A stretch of 64,000 nt of DNA from contig NC_081333.1 in assembly GCF_022539665.2 (NCBI RefSeq), forward strand, positions 3,844,001-3,908,000, in the 5' to 3' direction. Source of the stretch: Daphnia carinata. Lineage: Eukaryota. The notes below the pieces were generated by a model that was not told the DNA's origin, did no database searches, and was given only the letters and a program-made list of their open reading frames with translations. Position numbers and translations under genes: made by a program. This document shows positions 1-14,703 of this stretch, piece after piece; position 1 is the first letter of the stretch, and each line of letters opens with the position of its first letter.

Positions 1-3000
1 TCGTTCCAGTATGTGTGTGACACGATGATCGTTTGCCGCTGATGCGCGTTCGTACACATTCCGTTCGGGACAGGAAAAAGGACAAGACTCGATTCCTGTT
101 CTATACGGGCAGCAGTTTGAGTTGTATGAGGATAGGCGCCTGCGCTTCACCACAATTGGCTCGTAACCTGTCGGCAGAGTAAGTGCTGACAGATATTATT
201 TCTTTTACTGACATCGTTATAATAATAATAACGAACACAGTGTCGGTGGAATCATCTCTTATGTTAACGCAGTCATTGTAATTCAAAAGCAACCTGACAC
301 GAAGGTCTCATTTTACAATTTGTTCGTTAATTAGTTTTGTTCTTTGAAACTCTTATACAAGAGACCATAAATTTGATACATTTATCTTGTAAAGTTAAAA
401 CTGGTTAAAATAATTTTGATTACTTGTTTGCAATAAATATCTCTGTTTAGACCTCACCTTCTACTAAGCTTGTTTCCCGCACTCGATAAACCGTGCCAAC
501 GTCAACACACGTAAAATTTTTTTTCTTTCATTTGTAATTCGTCATTTGTCTGTCACGCATTTAGTGCTGGTGAGAAAAAAGTATTACTTGTTTTCTGGTT
601 CTTATCTGTTTTTAGCAGGATCTGTCGAATACTTGATCATTGAATGTTACCTCATTATTAATGCAGACCTAAACCTGTAAGAAGGCTCGAACTGCCGTGC
701 ACGTGTTTAGTCTCGCCAAAAGTTTTAGTAAAACAAAGTTTGTTTCTCGTCACGCTTGAGGAAGCAGAATTATTTGTTGATTTTCAAAGTTAATAGTACT
801 GGCATTTCTTTTTATCCAAGGTTCAGCAGGTCCAGATAGACTGTTACTTTATTTGCCTCTTGGCTAAATCGTTGTGGTGGTTGCCAGTCCGAAGTAGTGT
901 GAAGTTTATCATCAGGCCCTCTCTTCCTTACTTTTCCTATAGTCACCATATAGGGGTTTCTAATTATAGAAAAATGTAATATTGGGTGTTATCTTTACTG
1001 TGTCCCCTACAAAAGACGTTTTTAGTTCCAGTCTACGAAAAGGAAAAGGTATCCCTCTTCCATAGTGATGGATGCAGAAGTCTTCTATAGAGAATCTAAT
1101 GGCTAAGACAACATTTGCTGTAGCAACTACATGCAGCTTTCGAAAACTCAATCTATTTGAATACTATTGTATACTATCCTTGTCGTCAAAAGATTTGCAG
1201 ACTACACCCACCAGACATTTAACGTAATCTGGACCATTCCTTCTCTCTTTTTTTTTTCAGTGGGACAAACAGGAGATCAGTTGCTGCTAGGGGTCTTCAA
1301 TCCCAACGTAAGTCAACCCAACTCAACCACTTTACACAAATTAGACCTTTTGTTGGTTTTACAATCCCTCTGCTCTCTGCATGTCTGCGTGATGTGAAGC
1401 GCGACATGCAGTTTGTATACGACCTTCACCGCCTCTTGCCATAAATTTTTATTTTATTTTATTTTTTTTAACTTTTATCCTTATGGCGAAACCACACATC
1501 CGCGTTATGGCCCATCTCAAAGGCAAGCTTCCACTTTGATAGATTTCCCCTGGTGAACGTTCAAACTCTTTTCTTTTAGCTTCCTATCCTCACCATTGAA
1601 AATGTTTGTCGTAGTATCGTAAAAAAAATGAGAACTAAAAATTTGGCTTTCACCTTATTCGCATGACGTGAATTCAGATTTTCCCCCTCTTTTTTAATAT
1701 CCAAAGAGATCTAAACCCACGCACAATTTGCTTTTGGTTTCAAATGCCGTCCATTCTGACGGTCATAAACCATGTGACAAAGGTAGATATATATATTGTT
1801 GTTTTTTTTAACTTGGGCTGGAAAAATAGATATGCGTTTTGTTTTCTAAACACATTCCGTTTTTTTGCTGGGGATTTTGAATTCCGTGTAGCAACAAACA
1901 AACTCGTTTGCATTTATTCCGAAATGGTTTTGATATGCTTTATGATGCAAGAGTTTCTAGCTCTCCCAACATGTATTATATATTGACTTTCATTTAACAT
2001 AAAAAAAAATTACATTTACAAAATGGGAAACCGAAATTTGAAAAAAAACAAAACAAGATATTTATAACAGCAAACGATATTTTTTCTGGAAGACTTTTTC
2101 CCGCACGATCCCGACGTTGTAGTTGTGCGCTTTACAGATTTATTTGATGGCGACGATGGAAGACTTTCTCCAGCACTCTTTCCTGCTTGACAAATAAATA
2201 AAAATTTAGGCGTTTTGCTGGCTGTCGCTATAAAATTCTGCAGAAGTAGTTTGATGAAATAGAAAGCGAGTGTTTATTCGTGTAAACTGCGTAGGGTGAA
2301 CGCCCTCTGCAAAATATCGACATACTTTGCGTGAATCGAACTCTTCTCCGTTCCAAAGCGTCGGTGAGAAATCGGCAATTAAAGAAACCTCCCTCACTGA
2401 TTGTTGCCAACATTTTTCAAAAACTCTGCTGCTTTTATTCTTTCATATTTCGCTGCGTCTCACCACACGGATGCTTTATTTCATTGAAAAAGCTCTCACG
2501 GTGCATTTCACACTTTGATGTTTTGGATGCAAAGACTTTGCTGTGAATGGGTGGTTGGATGATGCCGACACGTCGAAAATTATAGTTCCTTCGTTTAAAT
2601 AATGAGAAAAAAAAAAGTTTCTTGTCTTGTGAGCTCTATGGGATGGATATGCTAGGAAAAGAAAAGAATGTTTACAACTTGATCGATATAGCGAAAGAGC
2701 GGGACATACGTACTCTCTTTAAAGACTTTTTTTTTTTTTTTAATAAATTTTTTCTTTATATGAGCAGTTTTGAAGATTTTAGCGAATGAAAACGTAGTGT
2801 ACTCCATTCCAGACTATTCGAGTAAAGTATACTCTTTTTAAATTGGGCAGGAAATATTCACACTTTTGAAAACATTCTCCTACGACTGATGGTTTTTCTA
2901 TTAGAATTTTTTTAAATACTCGGTTGATGCGATTTGATTTCTAGTAATGCGTAGTGGTAGTCGATGTGAAGGAATACTTGTGTAGAATCGTAGAAAATAG

Positions 3001-4584
3001 CAATTATCTAATAGTACTTGCTGAGCTTACGTCTATCTATTTTTTGACGAATTCTATATTTCATAACTGTATTTATGCGATCTCTTGGATTTTCCCCCGT
3101 AAAAAGATGAGACGTGGGATTGAAAAAAAAAATGAATATGAAAACGAACGATGTTAACACTTGCAGTAAGGGGGGGGGGGGGTACAATGTGGGCGTGTGC
3201 ATCCAGCCAAAAATAGGAGGGATGGGGAACTCGTAACAGTGTCAAATAGTGATTCTTTACATTTGCTTCGTGTTCGATATGTGCGGCCTCCCGCCCTGCA
3301 CCATGCGCCGCTTCGTGATTACCTACCAACTCCCTAGTGCAACTTAAATTCCGCGCAAAAAAAATGAATTTCCGACATCAAAACGATCGCTGTGACGTCA
3401 TTCCATTCGAGACCCCGTCCAAAGAAAAGACAAAAAATAATTCCCTATTGTCAATTCGTCGGAAATAATTAGCCACTGAGGGGATTGCATTAAAATAAAA
3501 ACTCGTTCAAAATAAAAGAAGATTGCGTCCGCTTTTCTCTGATCGATACCGTCCGGACTTAAAGGGCCGTACAGAATTAAAAAAAAAAAAAAAAAAAATT
3601 TTTTGCTTCCCATTTTATTATGACGAGCTGCAAATTCACTTGATACTCTAACGCAACGACAGTTTCTGCTACGCTCATACAAAATTCTGAAATGAAATGA
3701 AATTCTCGTATTTGTTCTTTTTCCGTATTTGTTGTATTTCTCGTATTTGCGTCTAATAGGGAGCTTGGGCGGAGTGACTTGTTGAGAAATACGGAACGCT
3801 TTATATCTCGTTTCTTCTTCTTCTGTGGATGGTGAGGTTTTCAGTCTGGGGAAAACTCATTAGGGGTCGCGTGATACTTCGGGGTCGGTTTTTTGTTTTG
3901 AAAAAACAGAAAAGCCACATTGAAATTGTTCGTTATCTGTCGAGTTCCCCGAGTACGTAACTAGCACCATTAGCGATTTCTTTTTTTTTTTCGGTCCACA
4001 TCTCTAGCCAAGTATTTGCTATGGCTACTTGAAGCCCCACACACACACGCACAAAACAAACCTGATGTGCGCGTCCGTCTTCCGGCGGATGAAACCACTA
4101 TGTGTGTTAGCCTAATATTGACCTTCAGTTAGGCGGCTTCATGTTGTGCCGTGGCTAGGCGCTAAATAGAACTGCACTTGATGAAATTGATTTGGCAGCA
4201 AGTTCAACGCAAAGATGTTGCGTTTCGAGTCTTTGAAGATCTTTTTCTATTCGCCCCAAGCGAATTGTCATGTAATCAATAAACTTAAGACGCCAACTAC
4301 GATCGATCTCGTGTCGTTGACAGGTGATGAATACTACCTCCCTCTAGTTTAATCTCTTCCCATGTTTTCGATGCCGACCCACTTCTTCATTCGAGTAGCT
4401 CGCAAAGTTTCCTCATTCAACTTTCAATTTCGCTGATTGGACATAGTGTTCTTTTTTTCCCCCCTTCCTTTAACAATGTTCTTTTGTTTGGTTAGAGACG
4501 AAGTAGAACAAACTTTAATTGCGTTAAAATGAGGCAAACTAAATTTTATTTTTGTTGCTGTGTGTACCTGAGATGAGAATCGAT

Positions 4585-6133
4585 TCACCAGGCAGTAGAT
4601 TCACGATAGTCGACTGCGGATGCGAGTGGATGAGTGGCGCTGGAAGACGCGATGGGTTGCGATGCTTTGGCCTCGCTGCGGATGACTTGATCCATAAAGG
4701 AGATGTAAGTGATGGCCAGACGGAGGGTCTCGATCCTGGAGAGTCGTTTCTCGTAGGCGAACGTCGGCACTTTTCGCCGCAATTTATCGAAGGCCTCGTT
4801 CAGGTTGAACATGCGACGCCGTTCGCGGATGTTGGCCGCACGACGCTGCGCCACCGTCGCCACCCGTTTCCGCTTTTTCGACGACGCCGACAGCCGGCAA
4901 GGTCTCATTCCCCTTTTTTATTTTTTTTTATTTTTTTTTTTTTTTTAGTTGTGTGAATATAAGAAATGTTTTTAAAAATCGGCTAAGAGCTGCGACAGAT
5001 TTAAAGTCTATTTTAACTGCGTGGATTTGGGTTTAAAAGCAAATGGGGATCAACGTAGTTGCTGATTAAATAGACAGACGTTCGAGCGTTGCCAATTCTC
5101 CCACGAAGTTTTGCTTTTTCTCGGTGTTTTTGTCTGTTTGTTTGCCTTTTAAACTGTTGTGTGTTGGCCACACAATTTCTTTTTATTGTACATAACAGTC
5201 GACCATCTCAAGTAAATAGCTCTCGACTAAGCGGATCAAAAGCTTTTTGCCTCCCTCCATCTATACGTTCGTTTTAGATGTGTGTGTTGTTGTTTTGTTT
5301 GTTTGTTTGTTTTTTTTTTTTATAAGATGGGGAAAGGCTTTAGTTTAGCCGTGTAAAGGAGGGCGGCTCAACAATGTCAGATTTTTTTTTTTTTTTTTTA
5401 ATATACTTATTTGTCTGTGGAAATTGAATAGAATTCGTCCGGAGGTCTCAACCCAACTTAATCAATTAACGCGACCCAACAAACTTCCATCAGTCAATCG
5501 TGTGTTTATTCTTCGCCGCCCTTTTCCTTTTGCACGGCCAGCTTTGCCGATATCGATCACCATTCAATTCGCATCGGCCTTACGCAATCTTTATCTGCTA
5601 GCCCACCAACCGGAAGTTAAATTGAGGAGCTTGGGGTTTTTCTTTTAAAAAATATTTGAAGGAACTATTTTAAAAATTTTTTTTTTTTAAGGTTTCAACT
5701 GATAGATGAAAGAGCTTTTATCCATCGTCATTGAAGCTAATACTCTTCCATTTTACTTCGTGTGCGAAGATGATTCTCTTCAGATTGATGATGACGACCT
5801 TGCGTCCAAATGTTTACGCTGACCCAACTAAAGCAAAACAACTCGTTCCATTTTCATTCACGTCGTTTCGACAGAGACGAGTTCTTGCGCCCCAAATAAT
5901 CAAACCAAAAGCACTGATGAAATCCCCCCTCTTTTTTTCATAGGCTACAAAAAAAAGGAGAACATTTTTATTTATTAATTTTTTTTTATGAATTCTCCGG
6001 ATTTTCACGTTGCCGCTCAAAGCTGTGCGTCTTTTGAGGAAGAAGTTTAACATTTGCGCAGCTTTAATAATCTTAACGGCGAAGCCCTTTTCATTTTATT
6101 GTTCATTAGTTTTATGCAAGAAAAAGGGGATCG

Positions 6134-6166
<33 letters not shown>

Positions 6167-6546
6167 TGTTTTCTTTTATATCTACCGTTGCGCACTGGAA
6201 TTCGCTTCGTATTAACAGTAAAAAAGAAATCACTTGTGAGATGATTGATTTACCTGTTTCCGGTTGATTTAGCCTTTTGCAGAATGGGCTGGCCAATCAA
6301 TTGCGATTGTTCGGCGTGATGAGCGTGGCCGGAATCGGTCGCTCCGATCGGCTGCTGATGAGGATGATAACTCGTTAGGGCGGCCGACATGGAACAGTCT
6401 AGCCGCTGGTGATGATCCGGTGCGCCCACAAAAGAAGAATCCGGTGCGGAAGAGACTGTCGGAGATCGAATACCCGCAACGAGATGATGATAACCGTAAT
6501 CGTGGTGATGAGGATGAATCACAACTCCGCTGCCATTATAAGACAT
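4585..6546 (-). CDS. Fer3: Fer3/NATO3 (48-related 3) family bHLH transcription factor, 2 coding exons (~6546-6254 and ~4913 or 4903-4585)
   Basis: Exon 2 encodes [60 protein letters not shown], the Fer3/NATO3 bHLH signature. The His-rich exon 1 (MSYNGSG...) ends at AG|GTAAAT and joins in frame. Confidence 0.88.
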
Positions 6547-9500
6547 GGCGGAATGCGGATGGACTTTTTTTTTTTCTTTTTTCAATGATTTTCACCCTAA
6601 TCCTTGAAGTAGAAACGAAAATGAACCTGCGGGATCATTGAATAGCTACGTACTGGAACAGATCATGACCAAACTGGATATCCGGCTCTTGCTTTGTTTG
6701 CCCTTGCAATTTATATACCCTGGAAGGGGGGGGGGCATACATACGCGGAAGCTGGATCTATTATAAAAATCATATTTCTCTTATTCATTTTTCTTTTTTC
6801 TTTTTTTTTTTTTGTTCTTCACGTCTTTGCTGTTGGTTGGTCGCTTTAAATCGTTTTGGACAAATCACGAAGCAGCCAGCAGTTTCCACATATTGAAAGA
6901 CGCACTGGCCTATCGCCGTCCGGACACCTGCGACACCCCTCCATTTCTCTTTTCTGGATGTTATTCGCATCCGCACACACACACAAGCGTCCCCCCCCCC
7001 TTCCCTCCGATTTGTGTTATATTAAAAACAAGACTAAACTGTACGCGATATGACTGGCACCGGGTGTTGCCCCTTTTTTTTTCGTTCCGCTCGGGTCGAA
7101 TGTGATGGTCGCACGCGCCGGCACTTGATTAGTAACACAAAAAAAAAAAAAACGAAGGGACCTCCTCCTCACCCCCCCCCCCCCTTTCTCGATAGTTATG
7201 TACTAACTATTATTCTTATTTGCGCCCGTATTAATATCGTAACGTTCGGAATATTGAGCACTTGATTTCTTTTTTTCTTGACTGAATGATCAGAGGAGGG
7301 TAAAATGGGACTGAGCTTTTTAATATTGTTTGATGCGGATTATCCGTACATGACGGAATGACCTCCCCGCCTCCCGCATATTGGAACTGCGGGGACACGC
7401 ATCCGCACCTCCCATATACAAGCGCCTAATTGATTTATGCACCCCCCCCCCCCCTTTTAAGTTGTATATATATTTTCTTTTAACTGTGCATAATAGCGTC
7501 TATCTTTATTCAACAACGAAGAGGGGAGGAGATGATGGTTTATTATTGTTACTTGACTGCTGGATTGTGTGCCGTGCCCCCCTCCCCTTTTTTTTTTTTA
7601 TTATTCCAACAAACAATAACGATGACAGATTGATACAGATATATTAAAGTTGCGCAATGCGCCGGGATCGTGTGAACAAAAAATGAATTAAAATGGGAGC
7701 GTGACTTGGTTTGAAAAGAAAAAAACAAACAATTGAAGAGCGCAAAAAAAAAGAGTTTGGATTGGAATTTGAAAAAAAAAAAAAAGAAAGAAAGAAAACA
7801 ATTGATGTGAGACATTTTAGGGGGATGCGGATTGCGTGCGGGGTTTTGGATCAGTAGATTAATTCATATTCTATAAAAGAAAGGAGCAAGACTACCATTT
7901 TTCAATAATAATAGAAGATTGGGCACGTGTATAAAATGATGCGATTCAATGCGCCTCATTCGCCATGGATGAGACAATAAATAATCTATTCGATCCAGCT
8001 CATATTTTCCAACGTACAAACCTGTTAGTACAAAAAGGGTGAAAAGCATATTTCTTCATTTTCAAAGAATTTCATTTTAAAATAACAAATTTTTGCAAGA
8101 CTTAAACCCCCCCCCCCCCCCACATTCGACATTTCACGATTCCCGCGAAGAATTCAAAAAAAAAAATTTGTTTTGTTTTTTCATCTTGATGTTAAATGAA
8201 ATTTGTAATAATCAATTTCCGTCAGCTGATTGCTGTTGCGTGCAAAGCCTAATGTTAATTTACTAAAGCCTCGCTTCTAATAGACTCAGACTTCTTCCTC
8301 CACTTTCAGAGTTTCGTAACAATTGTCGCAGATTAGATAAGCCACGCGACCATCCGCTTTTATCCCTCCCCCCCCCCTAAACTCGCGCTCTACTTATTTA
8401 TCTACGATTGCATTATTTACTTTTAAAAATGTCATCATTTCCATACGGCGATGGTGTGAGCAAAAAACAGGAAGTTAAGATGATAACGTGACGCAATTAG
8501 GATCCACATTGACTACGTCTTCTTAAAACTTCCATTAATGAACACAACCCCAATGGCCGTTCGTAGAATGTCAGCGTTGCGCTCTTGTTTTTTTTTTTAA
8601 TGCTTCCCACCCCATTCGTTATATGCCGTTAGACTTAAATAGGCCTACCAGTTATCTACGTGTGTGTCTTCTAACCACACGGACTAGATTGTTCATAAAC
8701 GAACCCTCCTGTGCCTATGTGGCGCCCGTTGAAAAGAGGGCAGTCGACGCGGGATCGATATCATCGATCCGAGCTACGCACACACACGTAACAGCTACGG
8801 GCCCTCCTGTCCCCCCCCCCCCTCGTTGCATCCATAAGCCTTTTAAACAGTGACCGTTAGTTATGTTTGTTTTGTTTTTTTAGCCTCTTTTTGTTTCTTT
8901 ACGCAATTCGAATGCGATAGAAAATATCAGACGACTGTGTTGCTGGCTCGCTAGTGGGCTGTTCGGGAAGTCCTCTGGCTCCACAAGTGGCCCAACTGTC
9001 GACTGCATCTTTTGTCATTAATAAAGTAAGAGAAACATAATAGCAAATCATAGCGTAGTATTTTTATTTTTTTTAACTCGTACGGAAGATGTCAAAGATT
9101 TTTGTATATATTTATTTTTTAAATTTCGAGAGATGGATGGATTCGAAAGTGGAGTGCACTCAACCCCGGAACACTCTTCAGAGAGGTTCCAAATTTTTCT
9201 CGTCATATTAGATTTGTTTGACACTGAAAATGTTGAATGTTTATGCAGAAAAATAAGTTAGAACGTGAAAAGCAGTTTTCTTTACGTTATCCATTCCCCC
9301 TTGGACTGATTGAATGTTTAACATCGCTTAACCATTGTCCTTCGTTAATGCATCGCATTATGCGCCTTTCCATCTTTATTGACTCGATTCATTTTTAAAG
9401 GTCTCTTTTAAAAAGAAAAATTTGTTTTAGCATGTTCAAATGAATCTGAAGGAAGGAGCGCCTCTGTCGGCGGAAGAGCTAAACACGATGGAAGGCCTCT

Positions 9501-10164
9501 CTAGTCCCGCACGGTGTGTGCGGGAGTATTGAGCGGGTATCTAGTAAAAGACGTAAGCCCCTACCGAAAAAGAAAAAAAAAAAAAAGAGAAGAAACGGTG
9601 AGGGAGGGGGGGGGGGGGGAGGCGTGTGCTCTAAATGCACCATTTAGTACATCGAACCCTCTCTTGGTCGCCTGAGTTGCTCGGACAACTCTTCGTTTGC
9701 CAAAGCTTTTTCACTTCCTTTCGCCTGTTTGATATTTTCAGCCCACCTCTCGGCTTCATCGTTCCACTTCTCCTCTTCTGGGTTTTTCTTCTTATTTTGC
9801 AACAACCGACAGCTAAAAGTCACGGGGTAGTGCTCGGGTGTCGTGCTATTTTGATTGATTTTTCACCCGTCTAGAAGCGCGTAATACTTGTTGATCGAAA
9901 TCGATTGGTAGTCAAGAGTTACCTACGTTAACTGAATTGCCGTTGTCGTTCTGCTCGTATTGAACGGACCGAGCACGAATGTTCAACAGTTTGTTGTTTG
10001 CATCCACCCACACATCCATCGTGTTGTTTCTTTTTTATTTCATCTTTTCGTTTTACAATGCATTTAATAATATTTTCATTTTCAGGCACGCGGGAGGGAA
10101 AAGGATCTAAGAATTTGATTCCAAAAAAAAAAAATCAAATCAAATCAAATAATTTGGAGGAGAG

Positions 10165-11718
10165 ATGAATCGATTGGCCAACGAATCGGAGATGAAATGG
10201 ATGCCGCTGCTCTACGGCGTGACGGCCGGCATCAGCAGCTTGGTCATCGTCTTGATGCTCGTCTGGATCTTCCAGTTTCGAGACGGTTTCGCCTGGCAGA
10301 ATTTGCCCGCTATCCAGTTCAATTGGCATCCTCTTCTCATGGTCGTCTCGCTTATCGTCCTCTACGGTCACGGTATTTCATTTATTATTTACTTATTTAT
10401 TTATTTATTTTTTTTTACATATTCCATGCGTTTTTTTTAACAACACACTTCATTTCCTAAGATTAGCTGGCAAATTTAAATTATTTTTTACTTTTTTTTT
10501 TTTTTTTTTACTTTACGTACCTTAGTAATCAACGTGTTTTCCAGGCTCTCATGTGCCCCTCAGGATCCACGATATTGAACGAAAGAGAGGGGGTAAAAAA
10601 TAAAAATGCATTTTCATTAGACTAGTTTTTGAACCGAGTTTGGTGAGCAACGTTTTGAATTGCCTTTCCGTACAGAGAACTGTGAAACGTAAACTTTTTT
10701 TTTTTTTTATGTATATATCTTTACAAAGAGGAAGGGGAAAACTTTTGGCGAACCGCCGTTAAAAGGCAGACGCACTGGCTCTAGTGCCGACTTTATTAAC
10801 GCGCTTTTGTTGAACTTTTGGTAGAGGGAGAGCAAAGAAACATGGTTTTCGTGTCGTACAAAAAGGGCCGCTGAGAAATTATCCGAATCTCTCTCTCTCT
10901 CTTTTGTCTCTTTGAGAAAAGAGCAGAACGAGAGAGAGAGATGCGATATTGGAATTCCTGTAGCGTACATTTTCCTCCCTTCCGTCCCTCGTTAAGCAAA
11001 AGGGAATCTTTGATTTTGCGTGATGATTAAAACTTTTCCATTTTTATGGAAGGCCGCAAAAGCGGGTCATTATCTTGCAAGTTTTAAAAACGCGTTCGTT
11101 TCTCTCTGGTTTTGTAGGCATTCTCGTCTATCGTCTGCTGCGTAACGAGCCCAAAAAGAAGCTGAAACTACTTCATGCCGTCATCATGATCTCTGCCTTG
11201 TTGCTGGCTTCCATCGGTCTCAAGGCCGTCTTCGACTCGCACAATCTGGCCGATCCACCGCTGCCCAATTTGTACACGCTGCACAGCTGGATCGGTCTAG
11301 CCGCCGTCATCTGTTTTGCACTGCAGTGGCTCTTTGGATTCGTCGCTTTCTTATTTCCGGGCTGCGCCATTCGCTGCGCTCTTCCTATATGCCGTTGCAC
11401 GTCTTTGGCGGTCTGATGATCTTCGGCTTGGCAACCGCTGCAGCACTCAGCGGACTCCTGGAAAAGGCCATTTTCTCCAGGTTCCTCGGCAAAAAAATAA
11501 ATTTATAATTAATTTGGCCGAAATAATTTGGTTTTTAAAATTATGTTTTCAGAGTGTCGTACGCTCCGTTGACTGCTGAAGGAATCCTCATCAATTCGAC
11601 TGGCATTGCCATAGCCTCTTTGTCGCTTTTGATCGTTTACATCGCCACTCGGTGGCAGTACAAGCGACAACCGCTGCCAGAGGATGAATTGCTTCTTGCC
11701 GACCAATTGGCTGAATGA
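10165..11718 (+). CDS. Cytochrome b561 family transmembrane ascorbate-dependent reductase; exons 10165-10372, 11118-11480, 11553-11718; apparent 1-nt deletion near 11360
   Basis: Motifs [38 protein letters not shown] and [10 protein letters not shown], with four heme-ligand His; canonical GT-AG junctions. Confidence 0.9.
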
Positions 11719-12351
11719 AAAATTTATTGGTAACGTTACCACAAAACAAAGTTATGGAGAAATGGAACGTGATTCATTGTGACAAGAGGGCTTTTGAAAA
11801 TTCATTTTTTTTTTTTTTTTTTTTTTGGACGACTTGAATCTATCTTTGATTGATGGTTAGCGAGTTTGAATCCCCGGTGCAATTCCTATTTGCTTATTTC
11901 CCATTTCTCGGGTTAGTCAAAAACAACGCGAAACAGAGGCAAATCATTTCTTTTTTAAAACATTGATCTATCCATTTTTATTTTTACATCGATCTCCGTC
12001 ATTGCGCGTCACACACGCAGGAATGTTTTGAATCTTTTTAAATTTCCGCCAGTGTCCTCTTTCTTTGTTTTAATCTTTGTGTCCCTAAATGTTGAATATT
12101 TCCTCGTGAATTGATGGATTCACAGAATGGCGCCACAAACCCAAAATTATTCGCGAGTAGTTGGGGGGGGGGGCAGGATTCCATTTCAGTGTTTTTAATT
12201 ATTTTATTTGAATATATTTACAGTGTTTGATTTCTCATATATATTTCAAATACAATCTACATGTTGCAGCAAATTTCCTTCCGGTAGAAGAAGAAAAGAA
12301 AAAAAAAAACAACAGGAAATAAGCGGATCATCTTTTGAAGTTTCTCATTAA

Positions 12352-14703
12352 TTAAATTTTGTAATAGGGTTGAGGATAGACGGCGATGCTGCTCGACGTC
12401 ACATTGAGATTGATCATCGTTTCAGGTAGAATCCGTAATTTGTGTGCTGGATTATTCTTTTTTCGACTTGACAAGTCACCAGGTTTGCCACCGCCGTCGC
12501 TGCTGGAATCTTGCAACTTGAAATTGAGACGACTGGTTCGATAGCTGTAACCGAAATAAGTCGTGATTCCTAGTCAAGGAAGAAGCATCCCAAGAGTTAA
12601 GCAGTAATCGGATAAAAGTAAGTCAAGAAAAAGCACGTCGTCGAGAGTACCTGAAAGTATCCACACTAATGAAACAATCCACGCTAGTGCGGGTAATTGA
12701 AATAACATGATGCTGTGAAACAGGGTGGATCCGATCGGAATCCATGGAACGCAAGGCACCTTGAGCGTTGGATTGCTACTTGTCAGTCTTTGCGGATGGG
12801 TCCAGATGATGAACAGCAAGACGTTGTAGATGACGAACGAGGAGGCAGTGATGGACACGGAGAACCAGTTGAGATCGCTTAATATCCATCGCATTGCTAC
12901 CGACATGACGACAATAGTGATGGACACGGCCAAAAGTAAGTACGGAACTCTGACGGATGTCCTGCTTCCTCCGACTTCTGACCTTTCGGGAGTATTGGAT
13001 ACTTCGGAACCGTTCCATTCCATCACAGTAGCGACGTACATTTGAGTTTTGTAATCATCGACAGCAGCATCGATATCAGTTTCATCCGAATCGGATTCCT
13101 CGGCTCGTGATTGCTCCACCGGACTTGGATCGACGACGTCGTAGCCTCCTCGACGCAGTAAATGACGTTTCTTGGACGTACCGTTTTTATAGCCTTGCAA
13201 TGCTGCCAAATGACGTGACGTCGAGTAACTGCAGTACCGTCTGAATGTGACCACCACGCCCAGAATGGAATCGAGTCCAAGGTGAACGAAGGCAAGGATG
13301 AAGACGAGGTTCAACGTCGAGATGGTCATCTGCAGCCCAATGGATATGACGCAATGAACAATCAATGGCCATTTCGCGTTGGTGGCCAGCTGTTTCCAAA
13401 TCAATCCATCCGAAGACATTTTATTGATTTGACGTTTGGAATCTTGAATCCCCTCGACTAGCGATAAAGAGCCGACTAGTATACAACAGCATGAGAAGAT
13501 GGCGGTTGACCAATGAGGACCCGTTGCCAACGACATTAAAACCTCCAACAAAGGCGAGCCGCTCTTGATGTGGTTTAAAATGCTGATTTAAAAAAAAAAT
13601 ATGAATAATTCCAAATTCAGTGGATTAACAATGAATGTGTGATACTTTGGAGGTAGGAAGCAGTGAAGTATAGACATGATGACGAAGATGAACAGCGTGG
13701 AACAATATTGAATTCCCAAAAAAGCCGACATCAATGATGATTTCGACAGGATGTGAGTTTCCTTGTTTTCGGGCTTAAACGTCATACTTAATAATCCAGC
13801 AGCTATTAGTAATTCTTCTGTTGAAGATTCCTGTATGCATTTCAAGAGGTTAGTATGAATATTGTTTCTGATTCATTCAGGGGCATGTTAAGGGCCATAA
13901 TCAGCCAGCAATAAAACTTGCATCGGTCGATGGTGGATGATGATGCTGTGTGTCTATCTCTGGAACAGTGAAACTTGCAATCTGGGACATGAAGAGCAAA
14001 ATGGCCATCACAATGAATAGCTTGATGGCTACAGCAAATGGTGCAGTCATCTGTTGTTTAATTCATTAGTAAGCCCTCAAAATGTATACATGTTCTCATT
14101 TAAATTTGTTGTTTACCTTTAGGCCGAGAAGGACAAACAAGGAGACAATCAGTTGGGCTATTATTCCAAAGGAATCTTCGTTGACGAAATAGAAATTATG
14201 TTGGAGCAAATGCTTGCCAAACACAAGGACTAGAACAGATCCGATTCCACGGGCCACCAGAGCAGCTACAGCTGCTCTACTCAACACCTGAGTCCAGCCA
14301 TACAAATGGGCAGCGAATTCGCCCATAATCTGATAAGTGCAAATGTATGGGCAGGCTGAGGTATTACGACGGCAGGTCAGAAACTCATATCGACATAGTT
14401 CTGGCAATGTCAACGCGTTTGGTTATACAACAGTCCCGTAACTTGTTTTGTTGTGTAAATACCTGAAAGTAGTGAAGCGATAGAAGCGACAAATACAGCT
14501 GCCAAAAGAGTGGATGGAGCAAGCAGAGCTGAGTATGAAAACACGACGAAATATCCTACGACTAAAGATGGATTGCCCGTCTGCAGCACAGCGTTAATAA
14601 GTGTTCGTGAGTATGGAATTGATGCTGGATTCGGTCGCTGTAAATAATTGACGTCCAACGGTCGTTTTCGAAGCAAACGCGAAAGTTTCACTTTGAAAAT
14701 CAT
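12352..14703 (-). CDS. Cationic amino acid transporter (SLC7/CAT)-like multi-pass membrane protein, divergent, multi-exon
   Basis: YICTYQIMGEFAAHLYGW resembles the CAT YxYxYxxxGExxAFxxGW motif. The C-terminal KVPCVPWIP...LAWI...GITTYFGYSYR matches the CAT C-terminal domain. Many hydrophobic segments; stop at 12352-12354. Confidence 0.75.

Noticed and set aside
1..2550. Short ORFs and exon-like minus-strand stretches at the window start
   Set aside because: No recognisable motif, and I could not build a consistent spliced model; may belong to a gene extending beyond the window.
4552..4956. 134-aa plus-strand ORF
   Set aside because: Antisense shadow of the GC-rich Fer3 bHLH exon.
6600..9600. 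Many 60-100 aa ORFs and poly-A, poly-T and poly-C runs upstream of Fer3
   Set aside because: Low-complexity translations of homopolymers; probably regulatory non-coding DNA with no specific element I can support.
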